This document shows positions 15,643-25,381 of a stretch of 64,000 nucleotides of DNA, in pieces. Position 1 is the stretch's first letter; each line of letters begins with the position of its first letter. The DNA lies in the IMG/VR virus record IMGVR_UViG_2765236019_000001, positions 1 to 64,000 of that record. One strand, given 5' to 3'. The translations under genes and the position numbers were made by a program. The notes beneath the pieces were generated by a model. That model was not told the DNA's origin and did no database searches. It saw only the letters and a program-made list of their open reading frames with translations. Source of the stretch: a virus. Taxonomy: Duplodnaviria; Caudoviricetes.

Positions 15643-16519
15643 CGCTCTCCTCGTACGCGTTGCATTCTTTGCAGCCGCCCTTGGGACAGGCAGGCGGATC
15701 GTTTCTTCCGAGCCGCTCATTGATTTCCTGGCACGTCGCTATGCGGTCTGCGATGACGTCGTAGTTCGCCTTGACGGTGAAGCTTTTGACGTCCTGCGTC
15801 AGCTTCGACTCGTAGATGAACTCGGCGCCGTCCACGTCGAGTCCCATGAATGTGTTGGCGAGCCAGATGTATATCTGCACCTGCCGGATGTGGGAGGGGA
15901 AGGGGGTGCGAGTGTCTCTCCACAGTCCCTTGGCGTTTACGTAGGGTCGGCCGTCTGCGTCTTTGTGGGTGTGCCGTGTCAGGAGCTGGGGGTGCTCGTA
16001 GCGGTAGGTGCCCTCTCCGACCGTCTTGATTTCCAGGATCTTGCGGATGGGGACGAGCAGGCCGTCGGCGTGTCCTGCGATGCGGTGGCTGGCGATGGCG
16101 CGAAGAGGGACTTCGGCGTACTCAAGTGCGGTTGAGCTGCACCGGTCGCACGCAGCAGGACTCTTGGCCCACCAGGTCTGCACGCAGTTGAGGCATCTGA
16201 AATTCCCTTCCAGCCAGCCGATTTCCCAGGCGCGGTCCTGCCACGTGCGGTGGGTTGCGTGCCCGTTGTCGAAGATGTTCAGGGTCTGGAACCCGAACTT
16301 CTGCTTGTGGTGGATGCCGGTCTCGATGCGCAGGTAGGTGGCTCGGGGGCACCAGTCAGCCTTGGCGACCTCCGAGGGGTGGATGATGTCCTGGCGGCGG
16401 CTGTTGTCCTTTGCGTGCTTGTCGAGGAGATGTGCCTTCGCCTTGGTCAGGAAGGTCTGAGGAGTGGTCTTGGTGAAGAGGTCGGCGAGGGAGGGATTGC
16501 GCCTTTGGTGGGCCTTCAT
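15404..16519 (-). CDS. Cas4/RecB-like PD-(D/E)XK exonuclease
   Basis: HPSE..WCPR, G..TH, GHADG, LEIKT, QVQIY and C-terminal C..GCKEC, with an extra CxxC/CxxC insert. Confidence 0.85.
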   Translation of the reverse strand: MKAHQRRNPSLADLFTKTTPQTFLTKAKAHLLDKHAKDNSRRQDIIHPSEVAKADWCPRATYLRIETGIHHKQKFGFQTLNIFDNGHATHRTWQDRAWEIGWLEGNFRCLNCVQTWWAKSPAACDRCSSTALEYAEVPLRAIASHRIAGHADGLLVPIRKILEIKTVGEGTYRYEHPQLLTRHTHKDADGRPYVNAKGLWRDTRTPFPSHIRQVQIYIWLANTFMGLDVDGAEFIYESKLTQDVKSFTVKANYDVIADRIATCQEINERLGRNDPPACPKGGCKECNAYEESDEGVPGRQRGANSGTADSAAPSSEGPEAPSAPRRGRPRATAGPDGTSRRRPDADLRGTDQLERVRRNSARPSRSRREAS

Positions 16520-17004
16520 GCTGCTGCCTTTGTGGTTTGAGGATCGCCCACGTGGCGCCATGTTTCGTGGCGGACGACGCAGCCTACGGCTGTCCGGCCT
16601 ATTCCGTGTGCGCGGGCTAGTTCGGATTGGGTGTAGTGGCCGCTGTCGTATTGCTGGCGTATCTGTCGGACGGTTTCCTCAGTGAGCTTGGCGTAGGGGT
16701 GTGATTCGCCGACGTGACGCGGTGGGGGCACTCCGCGTCCTTTGTGCCACATATCGATGACGTTGTCGGCCTGCGTCCCTTCCGAGAGATGATCAGGGCG
16801 GACGCAGATGGTGTTGTCGCATGCGTGGAGGATGATTCCTTCGGGCATCTTTCCGGAGGCCAGATAGTAGGCGTATCGGTGTGCGTAGTAGCGCTTCCCC
16901 TGGGCCCAGAAGGTGCCGTATCCGTTGCCTCGGTTGCCCCCGGTCCATATCCAGCAGCCATCAGTCTTGTGTACTCGGGACCAGAACTCTTCTCCGGGGA
17001 TCAC
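16516..17004 (-). CDS. HNH homing endonuclease with a C-terminal HTH
   Basis: CWIWTG, AHRYAY, LHACDNTICVRPDHL, AKLTEETVRQIR. Confidence 0.88.
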   Translation of the reverse strand: MIPGEEFWSRVHKTDGCWIWTGGNRGNGYGTFWAQGKRYYAHRYAYYLASGKMPEGIILHACDNTICVRPDHLSEGTQADNVIDMWHKGRGVPPPRHVGESHPYAKLTEETVRQIRQQYDSGHYTQSELARAHGIGRTAVGCVVRHETWRHVGDPQTTKAAA

Positions 17005-17357
17005 TTTGCTCTTGCCTTTTCGTCGAAGAGGCTGAGCGGCGGGGCGTTTTCGACCGTCCACTTGTCGGGGAGCCTTCTGTAGTGCCTGCGCATCCAGCCG
17101 AGTTGCTGCTGGTTGAGCCCTCCCCAGCAGCCGAAGCGCTCGCAGTTGGCGAGGGCCTGGTACAGGCAGCTGTCCCGCATGGGGCAGACGACGCCGTCAT
17201 TGGTTCCGTTGCAGATGTCGGCGGCGTGGTCCATGTCGTCGAACCAGGGATCAGTGACATTCGTGTGCGGCGTCGGGAATTTTCGGCACTTGGCCTCCTT
17301 GCAGGAGTCGTCGCCAGCGCTCCAGTCGGGTGCGGCCTTGCGTGAATACAGGGCCAC
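17001..17357 (-). CDS. whiB: WhiB-family Fe-S transcription factor
   Basis: C...C...CPMRDSC...FGCWGG signature. Confidence 0.85.
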   Translation of the reverse strand: MALYSRKAAPDWSAGDDSCKEAKCRKFPTPHTNVTDPWFDDMDHAADICNGTNDGVVCPMRDSCLYQALANCERFGCWGGLNQQQLGWMRRHYRRLPDKWTVENAPPLSLFDEKARAK

Positions 17358-17662
17358 TAGGCGTCCAGGAGGGTGTCGAAAGTCTCCTGGCTGATGACCA
17401 TCCAGTTACGGCCGCCGAGTTCTACGGCGAAGACCATTTCCCGGCCGGATATAAGGGCGTTCCTCTCAGCCTTGAGGAGATCGTCCAGGCGGAGCGAGTA
17501 GGACTTCTTCTCCGTGGTCTTGGCTTCGAACGAAAACCGCGCGGACCGCACGTCATTCTTGTGGAGCCAGCCGTTTCCCGATCCCGGATTGACCACGCCC
17601 TGATACTTGGCGGCGAGAGCCTTTTCCTGCGCCTGGGACTTCTTCAGGCCGCCCCTGGTCAC
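17357..17662 (-). CDS. Hjc-like PD-(D/E)XK resolvase/nuclease
   Basis: E...PGSG...KNDVR...FEAKTT. Confidence 0.7.
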   Translation of the reverse strand: MTRGGLKKSQAQEKALAAKYQGVVNPGSGNGWLHKNDVRSARFSFEAKTTEKKSYSLRLDDLLKAERNALISGREMVFAVELGGRNWMVISQETFDTLLDA

Positions 17663-18726
17663 GCCGCCTCCAGCTCACGCTGGCGCGGATCCGCGGCCTG
17701 GAGTACTGCGGCCGTCAGGGCATCCTGGAGGTCGGCGTCCTCCCGGATGGCGCTGAGCATCTCCTCCTTGCCCTTCCACCGCAGTTCCTCGCCATAGGAG
17801 AAGTAGGCGCCGCGCCTTGCGACAACGTCGTAATAAACGGACCACGTGATGAGGTCCTTGACGGTGTCGAACTCCCCGGCCCGGAATCCGAGTGCAGCCG
17901 CGTCCTCGAAGTAGTAGTCGGACTGCGAGACCTTCTGTCCGGCTATCTGCTTGTTCTTGATGGTCTTGAACTTGCATACCTGGCCGACGCGGGCCTTGCC
18001 CTTGCCGGGACGGGCTTCGTCGATCCACTCGGCGCGAGCAACTTCCAGGCGGCAGTAGTACGCGAAATTCTTAGCGAGACCGCCTGGGGTGGTCTTGGGG
18101 ACCTGACCGTGCATAGCGCGGGCGCCTATCTTCTCCCGCCACTGATTGATGATCAGGCCCGTCACCGGCCGCTGAGTGCCGGATATCGCCTTGCCGGTCT
18201 CCTTGCCGATCTTCCTGAAGAACTTCCCGACGAGCCGGGCGCCGAGCGTCATAGACGCCTCGTCCATGTCCTTTTCCGCTTCGCCGTCCGGCACGAGGGC
18301 CGGGTAGCTATCGAGGACGATGAGGTCGACGGCACGGGCCCGCGCCGCGTCGATCATGACCTGGAACGCCTCTTCCATCCGGTTCGTGGCGTGAACGATG
18401 ACGTTGGCAGTGTTGACACCGAGCATCTTGGCCTGGTCGGAGTCGTAGGCTTCGGCGGCGATCCACAAGGTCACGAAGTCTTCAGAGCGGCGCTGGTTGT
18501 ATGCGACGGTCTGATGGCAGACGGTGGTTTTCCCGGAGCCCTCCATCCCGATGACCTCGCTCCACTGATTGCGGGGGAACCCGCCACCCAGAATGAGGTC
18601 CAGGCTCAGAATTCCAGTGGGCAGCTGCCCCGAGTCCATCAGGGAACTGGCCAGCACGAGTGAGCCCTCCCCGTACTGCCGGTTGATCCGTGCCATGAGC
18701 GCGACCGCTTCATCGGTCAGAGCCAT
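17659..18726 (-). CDS. recA: RecA-like recombinase
   Basis: PTGILSLDLILGGG, Walker A GMEGSGKTT, LIVLDS, INQWREKIG, TPGG. Confidence 0.95.
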   Translation of the reverse strand: MALTDEAVALMARINRQYGEGSLVLASSLMDSGQLPTGILSLDLILGGGFPRNQWSEVIGMEGSGKTTVCHQTVAYNQRRSEDFVTLWIAAEAYDSDQAKMLGVNTANVIVHATNRMEEAFQVMIDAARARAVDLIVLDSYPALVPDGEAEKDMDEASMTLGARLVGKFFRKIGKETGKAISGTQRPVTGLIINQWREKIGARAMHGQVPKTTPGGLAKNFAYYCRLEVARAEWIDEARPGKGKARVGQVCKFKTIKNKQIAGQKVSQSDYYFEDAAALGFRAGEFDTVKDLITWSVYYDVVARRGAYFSYGEELRWKGKEEMLSAIREDADLQDALTAAVLQAADPRQRELEAA

Positions 18727-18868
18727 CCGCGCAACCTCCCCACATTTGTTGACAGATACGAAGCAAACGTCTGTCACGGCAATGCCGAGAGGCTATGCGG
18801 GAGTCACCAGCAATGTCCTTGCGGAGAGTTACTCCCCTGGATCACGAAAAAGTAAAGAACGTCAACGC

Positions 18869-18907
18869 GGAAAGCCCCCAGGGCATGTGAAGCCCGGGGG
18901 ACTTTCC
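18869..18907 (-). terminator. Imperfect hairpin, probable terminator
   Basis: GGAAAGCCCCCAGGGC...GCCCGGGGGACTTTCC. Confidence 0.45.
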
Positions 18908-18918
18908 AACAGGAGTTG

Positions 18919-19095
18919 CTACGCTGTAAGTTCCACACCGACCCGGCGCAGCTCATCGATGATCTCGGTGAGCACCTGAACCCTCCCAGCGTCTTCCCCT
19001 GTCGCATAGGTCGACGACCAGTACTCGACGCGCTCTTCGAGTCCGGACGCGACTTCCTCAAGGACTGCCGCAATGGCCAGATGAATGTCCCTCAC
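18919..19095 (-). CDS. Small hypothetical protein
   Basis: SD GGAGGTGG upstream of the GTG. Confidence 0.5.
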   Translation of the reverse strand: MRDIHLAIAAVLEEVASGLEERVEYWSSTYATGEDAGRVQVLTEIIDELRRVGVELTA

Positions 19096-19109
19096 AGCTC
19101 CGCCACCTC

Positions 19110-21041
19110 CTATCTCACATCGCACCCGTTTGCCGAACAGGCGTACTCCTGGCTACCCGTGGTGTGATCAGACCCCTCGTAGAAGACGAGGTCCGACCAC
19201 ACCAGGCGGGGCATTTGGTCGGTGAGGTGACGGTACGTCGCGTAGTCGCATTCCTGGTAGGGCGCCTGTGCGTAGGTGTGGTCGGAGTACGGGAGGAAAG
19301 CGACACCCGACAGCTCATGCAGGTGCTTCCACACCCAGTCGCGGACCTCCTCCCATTCACTGCCTCGGACAGAGATGGTGACTGACGGCTTGTGCTCGCA
19401 GTAGTGACGCTGGTAATCGAGCCAGAGATCCAGATGTTGAATCGCGGAGATATTATCGCGTGTCCTCGAACCAGCTGCCGCCTGCTGCGGAAAGGAAAAA
19501 ACAAGGTTCTGGTCGTTCAGAACGTCCATCTCATGCGGTACGCCCGCGTCGATCAGGAAATCGGAGATCGGGTCCTTGACGTCGCTGCGCACGGTGCGAA
19601 CCCAGTAGCGGCTGTGCGGCGGATGCAGGCCCGAAGGCACATCCGCCATCTGGGACGTAGTACCTTCGGGCTTGATGGCGGTGATGGCGTCGGCAGCGGG
19701 GATGCCGAGCATTTCGGCTTCCAGCTCGTTCGCTACGCGGGCCTCATCGCGCAAAAGCTCCAGAACTTGGTTCTTCAGCTCCCGGCCGCGCCCGTCCGTC
19801 AGAAGCCGGTTGCCGAATATGCCGGTCATGGAGACGCCGAGCAGTCGCTCTTCCTCGGCATTGCGTGACCACTCCTCACGCAGGAAGGGGAAGCCGGTCA
19901 GGGTCGCCTGCCAGGTGCCGAGAATGGCAGCCAAAGTGATCTTGCGCTTCAGCTCGGCGAGGCGGTCCTGCGGACGCACCACGACGGTGGATAGATTGCA
20001 GAAGCTGCGGGGCCGGAGGATGATCTCCGAACACGGGTTGGTCCCGTATTCGATGCTGGGCTCCCGGCGGCCCCAGCGGGCCGCGATCCGGCGAGCGGCG
20101 TCCCGGTGGAAGATGCCGCGCTCCCCGCTCCCGGAGTCCTTGAGCATCCGCCACTCGGCGTCGAACTGCTCGCGGGTGACGCCGTCGTGGTAGACCGCGG
20201 AGTTGTTGGCCAGCTTCCGATAGGGATGGCTTTCCCACCACTCCCCCGACTTGGCCAGCGCCATCTCCTGGTCGTCGAGATCGGACAGGCTGATCAGCGC
20301 CGACCGGCGCACACCGCCAACCACGACCACCGACGCAATCTTGCACACCAGATCATGAGCCTCGATCGGCCGCAGCTTCCGGCCCTGGGCAACACGCAGC
20401 AACTCCACAGTGAACTCGAACAAATCCCGCAGCGGCTCAGGCCCGCTGGCCCGGCCTCCGAACGTCTTCAGGCGGGACCCTGCGGGCCGGATGCGGTCGT
20501 AATTGACGGTCGGTATACGTCCCTGGAGCCAGACCAGATCCAGTAGCTGGGCGTACGCCTCCGCCCAGCCCTGCTTGCTGTCCCCTACCCGCAGCACTGT
20601 GCTCAGGTCGAGTCGGGGGTGAGCGACGGGCGGCAACTTGTCGACGTAGCGCCGTTCCACGCTAAAACCGACCCCAGTGCCATTGAGCAGGATGAAGAGG
20701 ACTTCCGAGAGGGATCGAATGTCATCGATCGGCGTGTAGGCGCAGTTGTACCCGGCGACGTTGGACAGATCGAGGGCTTCCCCTGCCGTCATCAGTGCGC
20801 GCATGGAGGGCAGCACCTCGTGGTTGAGTACGGCGTCGCGTAGCTGGTGGGCCAGCTCCTTCTCTGGGGTGTAGCCGTGCTTCTCCTTGAGGTGTCCCGT
20901 CATGAACTGGAAGAAGCGGTCAACCGTCTCAGTCCACGTCTCTCGGCGGCCGAGGTCATCGCGCCAGCGGGCGTAGCGGCTCTTTGCGATGTACGCCTGG
21001 TACGGGTCGGCGAGGTCGCCGTTGGTGTCGATGAGGGTCAT
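19110..21041 (-). CDS. nrdJ: Class II (adenosylcobalamin-dependent) ribonucleotide reductase
   Basis: RRETWTETVDR, GYNC, VVVGGVRRSA, GTNPCSEI, KPEGT, EHKPSVT and C-terminal CSANGC. Confidence 0.95.
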   Translation of the reverse strand: MTLIDTNGDLADPYQAYIAKSRYARWRDDLGRRETWTETVDRFFQFMTGHLKEKHGYTPEKELAHQLRDAVLNHEVLPSMRALMTAGEALDLSNVAGYNCAYTPIDDIRSLSEVLFILLNGTGVGFSVERRYVDKLPPVAHPRLDLSTVLRVGDSKQGWAEAYAQLLDLVWLQGRIPTVNYDRIRPAGSRLKTFGGRASGPEPLRDLFEFTVELLRVAQGRKLRPIEAHDLVCKIASVVVVGGVRRSALISLSDLDDQEMALAKSGEWWESHPYRKLANNSAVYHDGVTREQFDAEWRMLKDSGSGERGIFHRDAARRIAARWGRREPSIEYGTNPCSEIILRPRSFCNLSTVVVRPQDRLAELKRKITLAAILGTWQATLTGFPFLREEWSRNAEEERLLGVSMTGIFGNRLLTDGRGRELKNQVLELLRDEARVANELEAEMLGIPAADAITAIKPEGTTSQMADVPSGLHPPHSRYWVRTVRSDVKDPISDFLIDAGVPHEMDVLNDQNLVFSFPQQAAAGSRTRDNISAIQHLDLWLDYQRHYCEHKPSVTISVRGSEWEEVRDWVWKHLHELSGVAFLPYSDHTYAQAPYQECDYATYRHLTDQMPRLVWSDLVFYEGSDHTTGSQEYACSANGCDVR

Positions 21042-21056
21042 GCGATGCCTTCGTTC

Positions 21057-21365
21057 CTATCCGACGCGGCCGATGATGGTGTTGAGTGAGGCGCTGCCTG
21101 AGATCTGCCCTCGGGCCGGGCGGGGCGGGCCGTCTGAGGAGGAGGCGATCATTCCCGATGTCGACTGGAGCCGGGGGTATCCGCAGTCGTAGCAGCGGTA
21201 GTTCTGCGTATTCGGCGCCGCCATGTAGTTCCCTGAGCGGCAGTTGGGGCACCGGGACATGTCGGAGGCTGACTGCGCCTTGAGAGGAGTCTGCTGTGCC
21301 TGCGCAGGAGTGGTCGTCGGCGGGGCGAGGGATCCGCTGACTGCTCGTGCCCAAAAACTACTCAC
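21057..21365 (-). CDS. Zn-ribbon hypothetical protein
   Basis: CPNCRSGNY...RCYDCGYP. Confidence 0.7.
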   Translation of the reverse strand: MSSFWARAVSGSLAPPTTTPAQAQQTPLKAQSASDMSRCPNCRSGNYMAAPNTQNYRCYDCGYPRLQSTSGMIASSSDGPPRPARGQISGSASLNTIIGRVG

Positions 21366-21759
21366 CACAGCACTCCCCGATTTTCGTGTATCGAATGATC
21401 TTCTTGTCGAAGAGATTTGCAAGAATGGCGCTTGACGTTGCAAAGCAGAGGTCTGCCTGGTCGCGCAGAAACGCGTCCTTCTCTTCGTCACTCAATGAAT
21501 GAAGGTCAGGGTGGTCAAGGATAACCTTGAACAGGCCCTGAGTGAGAAGATGCGCATATACACCGAGTAGTTCGCTCAGCGGTTCCACGGCGGCCGTGCG
21601 TCGTCGAGAGGCAGCGACTTCCATCGCCATTACTTCGGGGCTCCTTCCCGGCTGCCCCAGGCTCCTGAGACTGGCAAGCACCGCCGTGTCGACTTCCTTG
21701 CAGGCATCCATCAAAAGCTCTGACTGGATCGCCTCGAAGGAGATTTTGTTCATTCGCAT
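21358..21759 (-). CDS. Hypothetical protein
   Basis: Abuts the polymerase stop, fills the operon. Confidence 0.65.
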   Translation of the reverse strand: MRMNKISFEAIQSELLMDACKEVDTAVLASLRSLGQPGRSPEVMAMEVAASRRRTAAVEPLSELLGVYAHLLTQGLFKVILDHPDLHSLSDEEKDAFLRDQADLCFATSSAILANLFDKKIIRYTKIGECCGE

Positions 21760-23751
21760 TTACTTCGCCTCCGACCATCTGTCGCAGACCTTGACGTCTG
21801 CTGTGATAGGCACCTTGAGCATTTCTTGGATTCCGGGCCCTGTCATCGCCTTCTCAAGCAATACTGCCCCCTCTTCGACCTTGTCTTCTCGACAGTGCAC
21901 AACTAGTTCGTCGTGGACTGTGAGTGAAAGTCGGAGCCATTCACTGTTTTGCTTGCACAGGTAACCCATCCGCACGATGGCCATTTTGTTGATATCGGCC
22001 GCTGAACCCTGGATGAGGCTGTTCAGACACTGCCTCTCAGCCTTTTCCCGGATCCAGTCAACTGGACTGGCAAGGTCAGGGAGGCGGCGCTTGCGGCCGA
22101 TGAGTGTGCGGATGTGCGGTATCTCGCGAGTGAGGGCGTCCTGGATCAGCCAGCGGCGGAACTTGCCGACTTCTGGCATTTTTCGTTCCTGGAGTTCGAG
22201 GAACGCTTGGGCCTCGGCTACGGTGGCGCGCATCGACTTTGCGACCGTCGGGGCTTGGGCACCGAACAGGGTGGCAAAGGCGAGGGTCTTGGAGTCGTTG
22301 CGCTGGTCTTTCGTGACTCTCTCTGGGGGGACACCGAAAACAGCGCTCGCCGTTGCAGTGTGTGCGTCTATGCCTGCGTGGAATCCGTCGAACCATGCTC
22401 CGTAGCCGAGGAAATGGGCCATGACGCGCAGTTCGATCTGGCCGTAGTCTGCAATGAGCAGTTTCCAGCCTACTTCACGGAGGTGATCCTCCATGGCGAC
22501 TGTCGCTCTTTCTCGCGGAGCGACGAATAGGCCGCGAACCGCCTTGCCCAGCTCTGTGTTGGGTGCTGGTACGTTCTGAAGGTTGGGCTCTGCTGAGGAG
22601 AATCTTCCGGATACGGTGCCGTACTGCTTGAAGGTGGGATAGATGCGCCCCTCGAAAATGATGGACGGTTTCCCAGCTGATTCGTCTCCGAGGTACCCGT
22701 GCACGTATGTGCCGAGGAGCTTGTTGACTTCCTGGTATTCGAGCAGTGCAGCGCAGACCGGATTGTCGTCGTGCTTCTTGAGTTCCTCGGCGTCGGCGCT
22801 ATAGTCGTAGAGGGTGGGCGTGGCTCCCTCTCGCTTCTTCTTCTTTCCTCCCTTGGTCAGCTTGCTCGGTTTGAGGCCCTGGCCGCCGTCCCGCTTCTTT
22901 CCGAAGAGTATGTCTGCTTTTTGCTGGGTGGAATTGATGTTGAAGACGCGGCCCGCTGCCTTGTAGACCTGCTCCGTGATCTGCTCGATCCGCTCTGTGA
23001 GGTCGGTGTCGAGTTCGTGGAGGGCCTCTGTGTCGATTGGGGCGCCGGTGAGCGCCATGTCCAGGAGGATCTCTAGGACTTGCAGCTCCAGACTCATTGC
23101 CCGCGACAGGCCCTCTGCCTGGAGAAGGGGCACCATTCGCTGCCACAACAACCACGTGTACTTAGCGTCCAGGAGTGCGTAGCTGGCGACCTTGCTGAAC
23201 GGGTGTATCTCAACCTTGCGGCCGACGTTCTCGGTGTCGTATTTGTGTCCGTAGGTCGCCTCGGTACGGGGCTTGAGGCCGTTGAGTCGGTTTTCGTCGA
23301 GCAGCCATGAGGCGACGAGAGTGCAGCCGTAGCGGGGGACGGGTAGTTGGCCGTCGTAGTATTTGGCTATGCTTACGAGGTCGAAGGCTGCCTGGTGGGC
23401 GATTTTGCGGTATCTGTCACCGAAGAAAAGAGGCTGGAGAGCTTCGAATACTTGGCTCGGCCTCAGCTGGGTGGGGGGCTCGTCCCAGACGGCTGGTATG
23501 GCCTCGAATTTCCCTGTGGCGGGGTTCTTTTTCCTGGTGGCCTTGGAGATGAGCGTGTCGCCGTTGGGGTGGCCCATAGGTATGACGATCGCGGTGCCGT
23601 ACGTGGCCATGGAGAGCCAGGTGACCTGATTCTGGCTGGGGACGCTTCGGTGAGGGCCGACGGTCTCGACGTCAAAGGTGAATGCGTCATGCTGTCCGAA
23701 GTAGTCGACGGCGTCGGCGAGATCTTCCTTGTTCAGGATGATGTGGGGCAT
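21760..23751 (-). CDS. polA: Family A DNA polymerase with 3'-5' exonuclease
   Basis: FDVET, GRFSSAEPNLQN, motif A ADYGQIELR, motif B K..AF..LFG, motif C TVHDEL. Confidence 0.95.
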   Translation of the reverse strand: MPHIILNKEDLADAVDYFGQHDAFTFDVETVGPHRSVPSQNQVTWLSMATYGTAIVIPMGHPNGDTLISKATRKKNPATGKFEAIPAVWDEPPTQLRPSQVFEALQPLFFGDRYRKIAHQAAFDLVSIAKYYDGQLPVPRYGCTLVASWLLDENRLNGLKPRTEATYGHKYDTENVGRKVEIHPFSKVASYALLDAKYTWLLWQRMVPLLQAEGLSRAMSLELQVLEILLDMALTGAPIDTEALHELDTDLTERIEQITEQVYKAAGRVFNINSTQQKADILFGKKRDGGQGLKPSKLTKGGKKKKREGATPTLYDYSADAEELKKHDDNPVCAALLEYQEVNKLLGTYVHGYLGDESAGKPSIIFEGRIYPTFKQYGTVSGRFSSAEPNLQNVPAPNTELGKAVRGLFVAPRERATVAMEDHLREVGWKLLIADYGQIELRVMAHFLGYGAWFDGFHAGIDAHTATASAVFGVPPERVTKDQRNDSKTLAFATLFGAQAPTVAKSMRATVAEAQAFLELQERKMPEVGKFRRWLIQDALTREIPHIRTLIGRKRRLPDLASPVDWIREKAERQCLNSLIQGSAADINKMAIVRMGYLCKQNSEWLRLSLTVHDELVVHCREDKVEEGAVLLEKAMTGPGIQEMLKVPITADVKVCDRWSEAK

Positions 23752-23770
23752 GTGGGTGCTTCCGGGTGTG

Positions 23771-23821
23771 AAAAGCCCGCCTCCCTATCCCGTCGGAACT
23801 GGAGCACGGGGAGGCGGGCTT
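23771..23821 (-). terminator. Terminator between the SSB and polymerase genes
   Basis: 13-bp inverted repeat AAGCCCGCCTCCC/GGGAGGCGGGCTT followed by Ts on the minus strand. Confidence 0.6.
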
Positions 23822-23848
23822 GAGCGGACGCGCTTGCAGAGAGTTCGA

Positions 23849-24655
23849 CTATTCGTCGTCCTCTTCCGTATCGTCCTCCAAGAGGCGGTGCACCACTCGC
23901 TTCAGCTCCTGGGGGCTGCTGAAGCGCTCCCACGGGTCGGTGTAGATGACCTCTTTGAGGGTTGTGAGGGTCTTGCTGTCGATCTCATCGACGTCCCAGT
24001 CCTCGTCGAGGTCTCGCGCCTTGACCGTCTCCAGGTGGTACTCGGTGCTAGTGCCCTTGCCTGTCTTAGAGATGGCGAAATACAGGTTGTCCTTGTCCAG
24101 CGGCCCCCTCTTGGGGTCGTCATTGATGGCCTTGAGCTTCCGGCCAATCTTTACGCCGACTTCCCAGACTCTGTGTTCCCACTCGTTGGTCGATTCGTTG
24201 AACAAAGCCACGTTGAACAGGGCCAGTTTGCGGGCGTAGTGGTCGAGGTCATCGCACAGCGGGCAGCTGTCCCCACCGCAGCGGAAGCTGCGCTTGCCTG
24301 TCTTGATCTCCTGAACGTAGTGCAGGCCGAAGGAGTCGAAGGGCGCGTCCTGGAGGATCTTGATGAGCTGCTGACTGTTGGTGACCCGCAGCTTGAGGGC
24401 GTTCTTGGCTTCGAAGTCGGTGTTGTTGCTGCTGCTGGCCGCGGCCTCGAACTCGTCCCACCCCGCAACAGCGCTGCGGCGGGCCGAATTGGTCCGGTGG
24501 CTGTGCTCCTCATCGGCCGCAGTCTCACTACGGCGGCGCTTGCGAGGCGCCTCGACGTTGTTATACGTCTCGTGGGGCGTGTCGTCGGCCGCGTGGCGGC
24601 GGCGCTTGGGCCGGGTGTCAATGTCATCAACGTCGAATGCGGCAGTGCGGGGCAC
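23849..24655 (-). CDS. Single-stranded DNA-binding protein (T4 gp32-like)
   Basis: H...C..DSCPLC zinc motif, KTGKGTSTEY and an acidic tail. Confidence 0.75.
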   Translation of the reverse strand: MPRTAAFDVDDIDTRPKRRRHAADDTPHETYNNVEAPRKRRRSETAADEEHSHRTNSARRSAVAGWDEFEAAASSSNNTDFEAKNALKLRVTNSQQLIKILQDAPFDSFGLHYVQEIKTGKRSFRCGGDSCPLCDDLDHYARKLALFNVALFNESTNEWEHRVWEVGVKIGRKLKAINDDPKRGPLDKDNLYFAISKTGKGTSTEYHLETVKARDLDEDWDVDEIDSKTLTTLKEVIYTDPWERFSSPQELKRVVHRLLEDDTEEDDE

Positions 24656-24656
24656 G

Positions 24657-24890
24657 TCAGCTCCTCTTGGTGTGCAAGTTGGTCAGCGCGGGGTGGACAT
24701 GTGCAACGGAGTTCTCTTCGGTGGTGAACTTCTTTGCAAACAGCCGTTCGCGGGAAAGCATCGCGTCGAGTGCGTCCTCAACGTCGGTGATGCTTTCCTC
24801 AACAGGGTCGAACTGGACGGAGGCAGTCACTTCGATGTGTTCGTAGGAGCCGAGATTGAAACGCTCGGTAACTTGCTTGGTGTAAATCAC
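24657..24890 (-). CDS. Small hypothetical protein
   Basis: FNLGSYEHIEV motif common in phage replication regions. Confidence 0.65.
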   Translation of the reverse strand: MIYTKQVTERFNLGSYEHIEVTASVQFDPVEESITDVEDALDAMLSRERLFAKKFTTEENSVAHVHPALTNLHTKRS

Positions 24891-25381
24891 GCGGCGTCAA
24901 CCCCTTCGGATGCCGAGAGGTCCTCGAATAGCTGGGCCACGCGCTCGGAGAACTTGGTAGCAGAGATCTGAATACCTTCGCCTTCGTGGTGGAGGATGCC
25001 CTCCTCCTCGGCGATGCGGATCATGCCCTCGATCTGGGCCCTGGTGTACAGCCTTCGGTTGCCGCGCTCAGTCTTTCCCCGAACCACGAAGGTAGGGGCG
25101 GGAATGATCCCCGTCCGTTCCCACTTGCGGATGGTAACCGGCTGACGGTTCAGCGCCATTGACAGATGACCGATGGAGTAGAACTCGTGGAGCACTCCGC
25201 CCACCCGGTAGACGCGCGGCTTGGAGTCCCAGAGAACTTCTGGCTTACTGGTCGGCTCGACCAGTCGCATCGTCTGCGGATCGATGCTGCGAATGCGTCT
25301 GGATGAGCCCGGGTAGTAACCAGGAGCCTGTCGGCTCTGGCCGCCTGCGATGACGGCGAATTCACGCTCCCAGCGGCTCAC
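24887..25381 (-). CDS. MerR-like HTH DNA-binding protein
   Basis: YSIGHLSMALNRQPVTIRKWERTGIIP...RRLYT. Confidence 0.75.
   Translation of the reverse strand: MSRWEREFAVIAGGQSRQAPGYYPGSSRRIRSIDPQTMRLVEPTSKPEVLWDSKPRVYRVGGVLHEFYSIGHLSMALNRQPVTIRKWERTGIIPAPTFVVRGKTERGNRRLYTRAQIEGMIRIAEEEGILHHEGEGIQISATKFSERVAQLFEDLSASEGVDAA

Noticed and set aside
15404-16519. CRISPR-Cas locus suggested by the Cas4-like gene
   Set aside because: No repeat-spacer array or other cas genes were seen. Solo Cas4-like nucleases are common in actinophages.
19110-23751. Introns or inteins in nrdJ and polA
   Set aside because: Both frames are continuous and of ordinary length, with no splice motifs evident.
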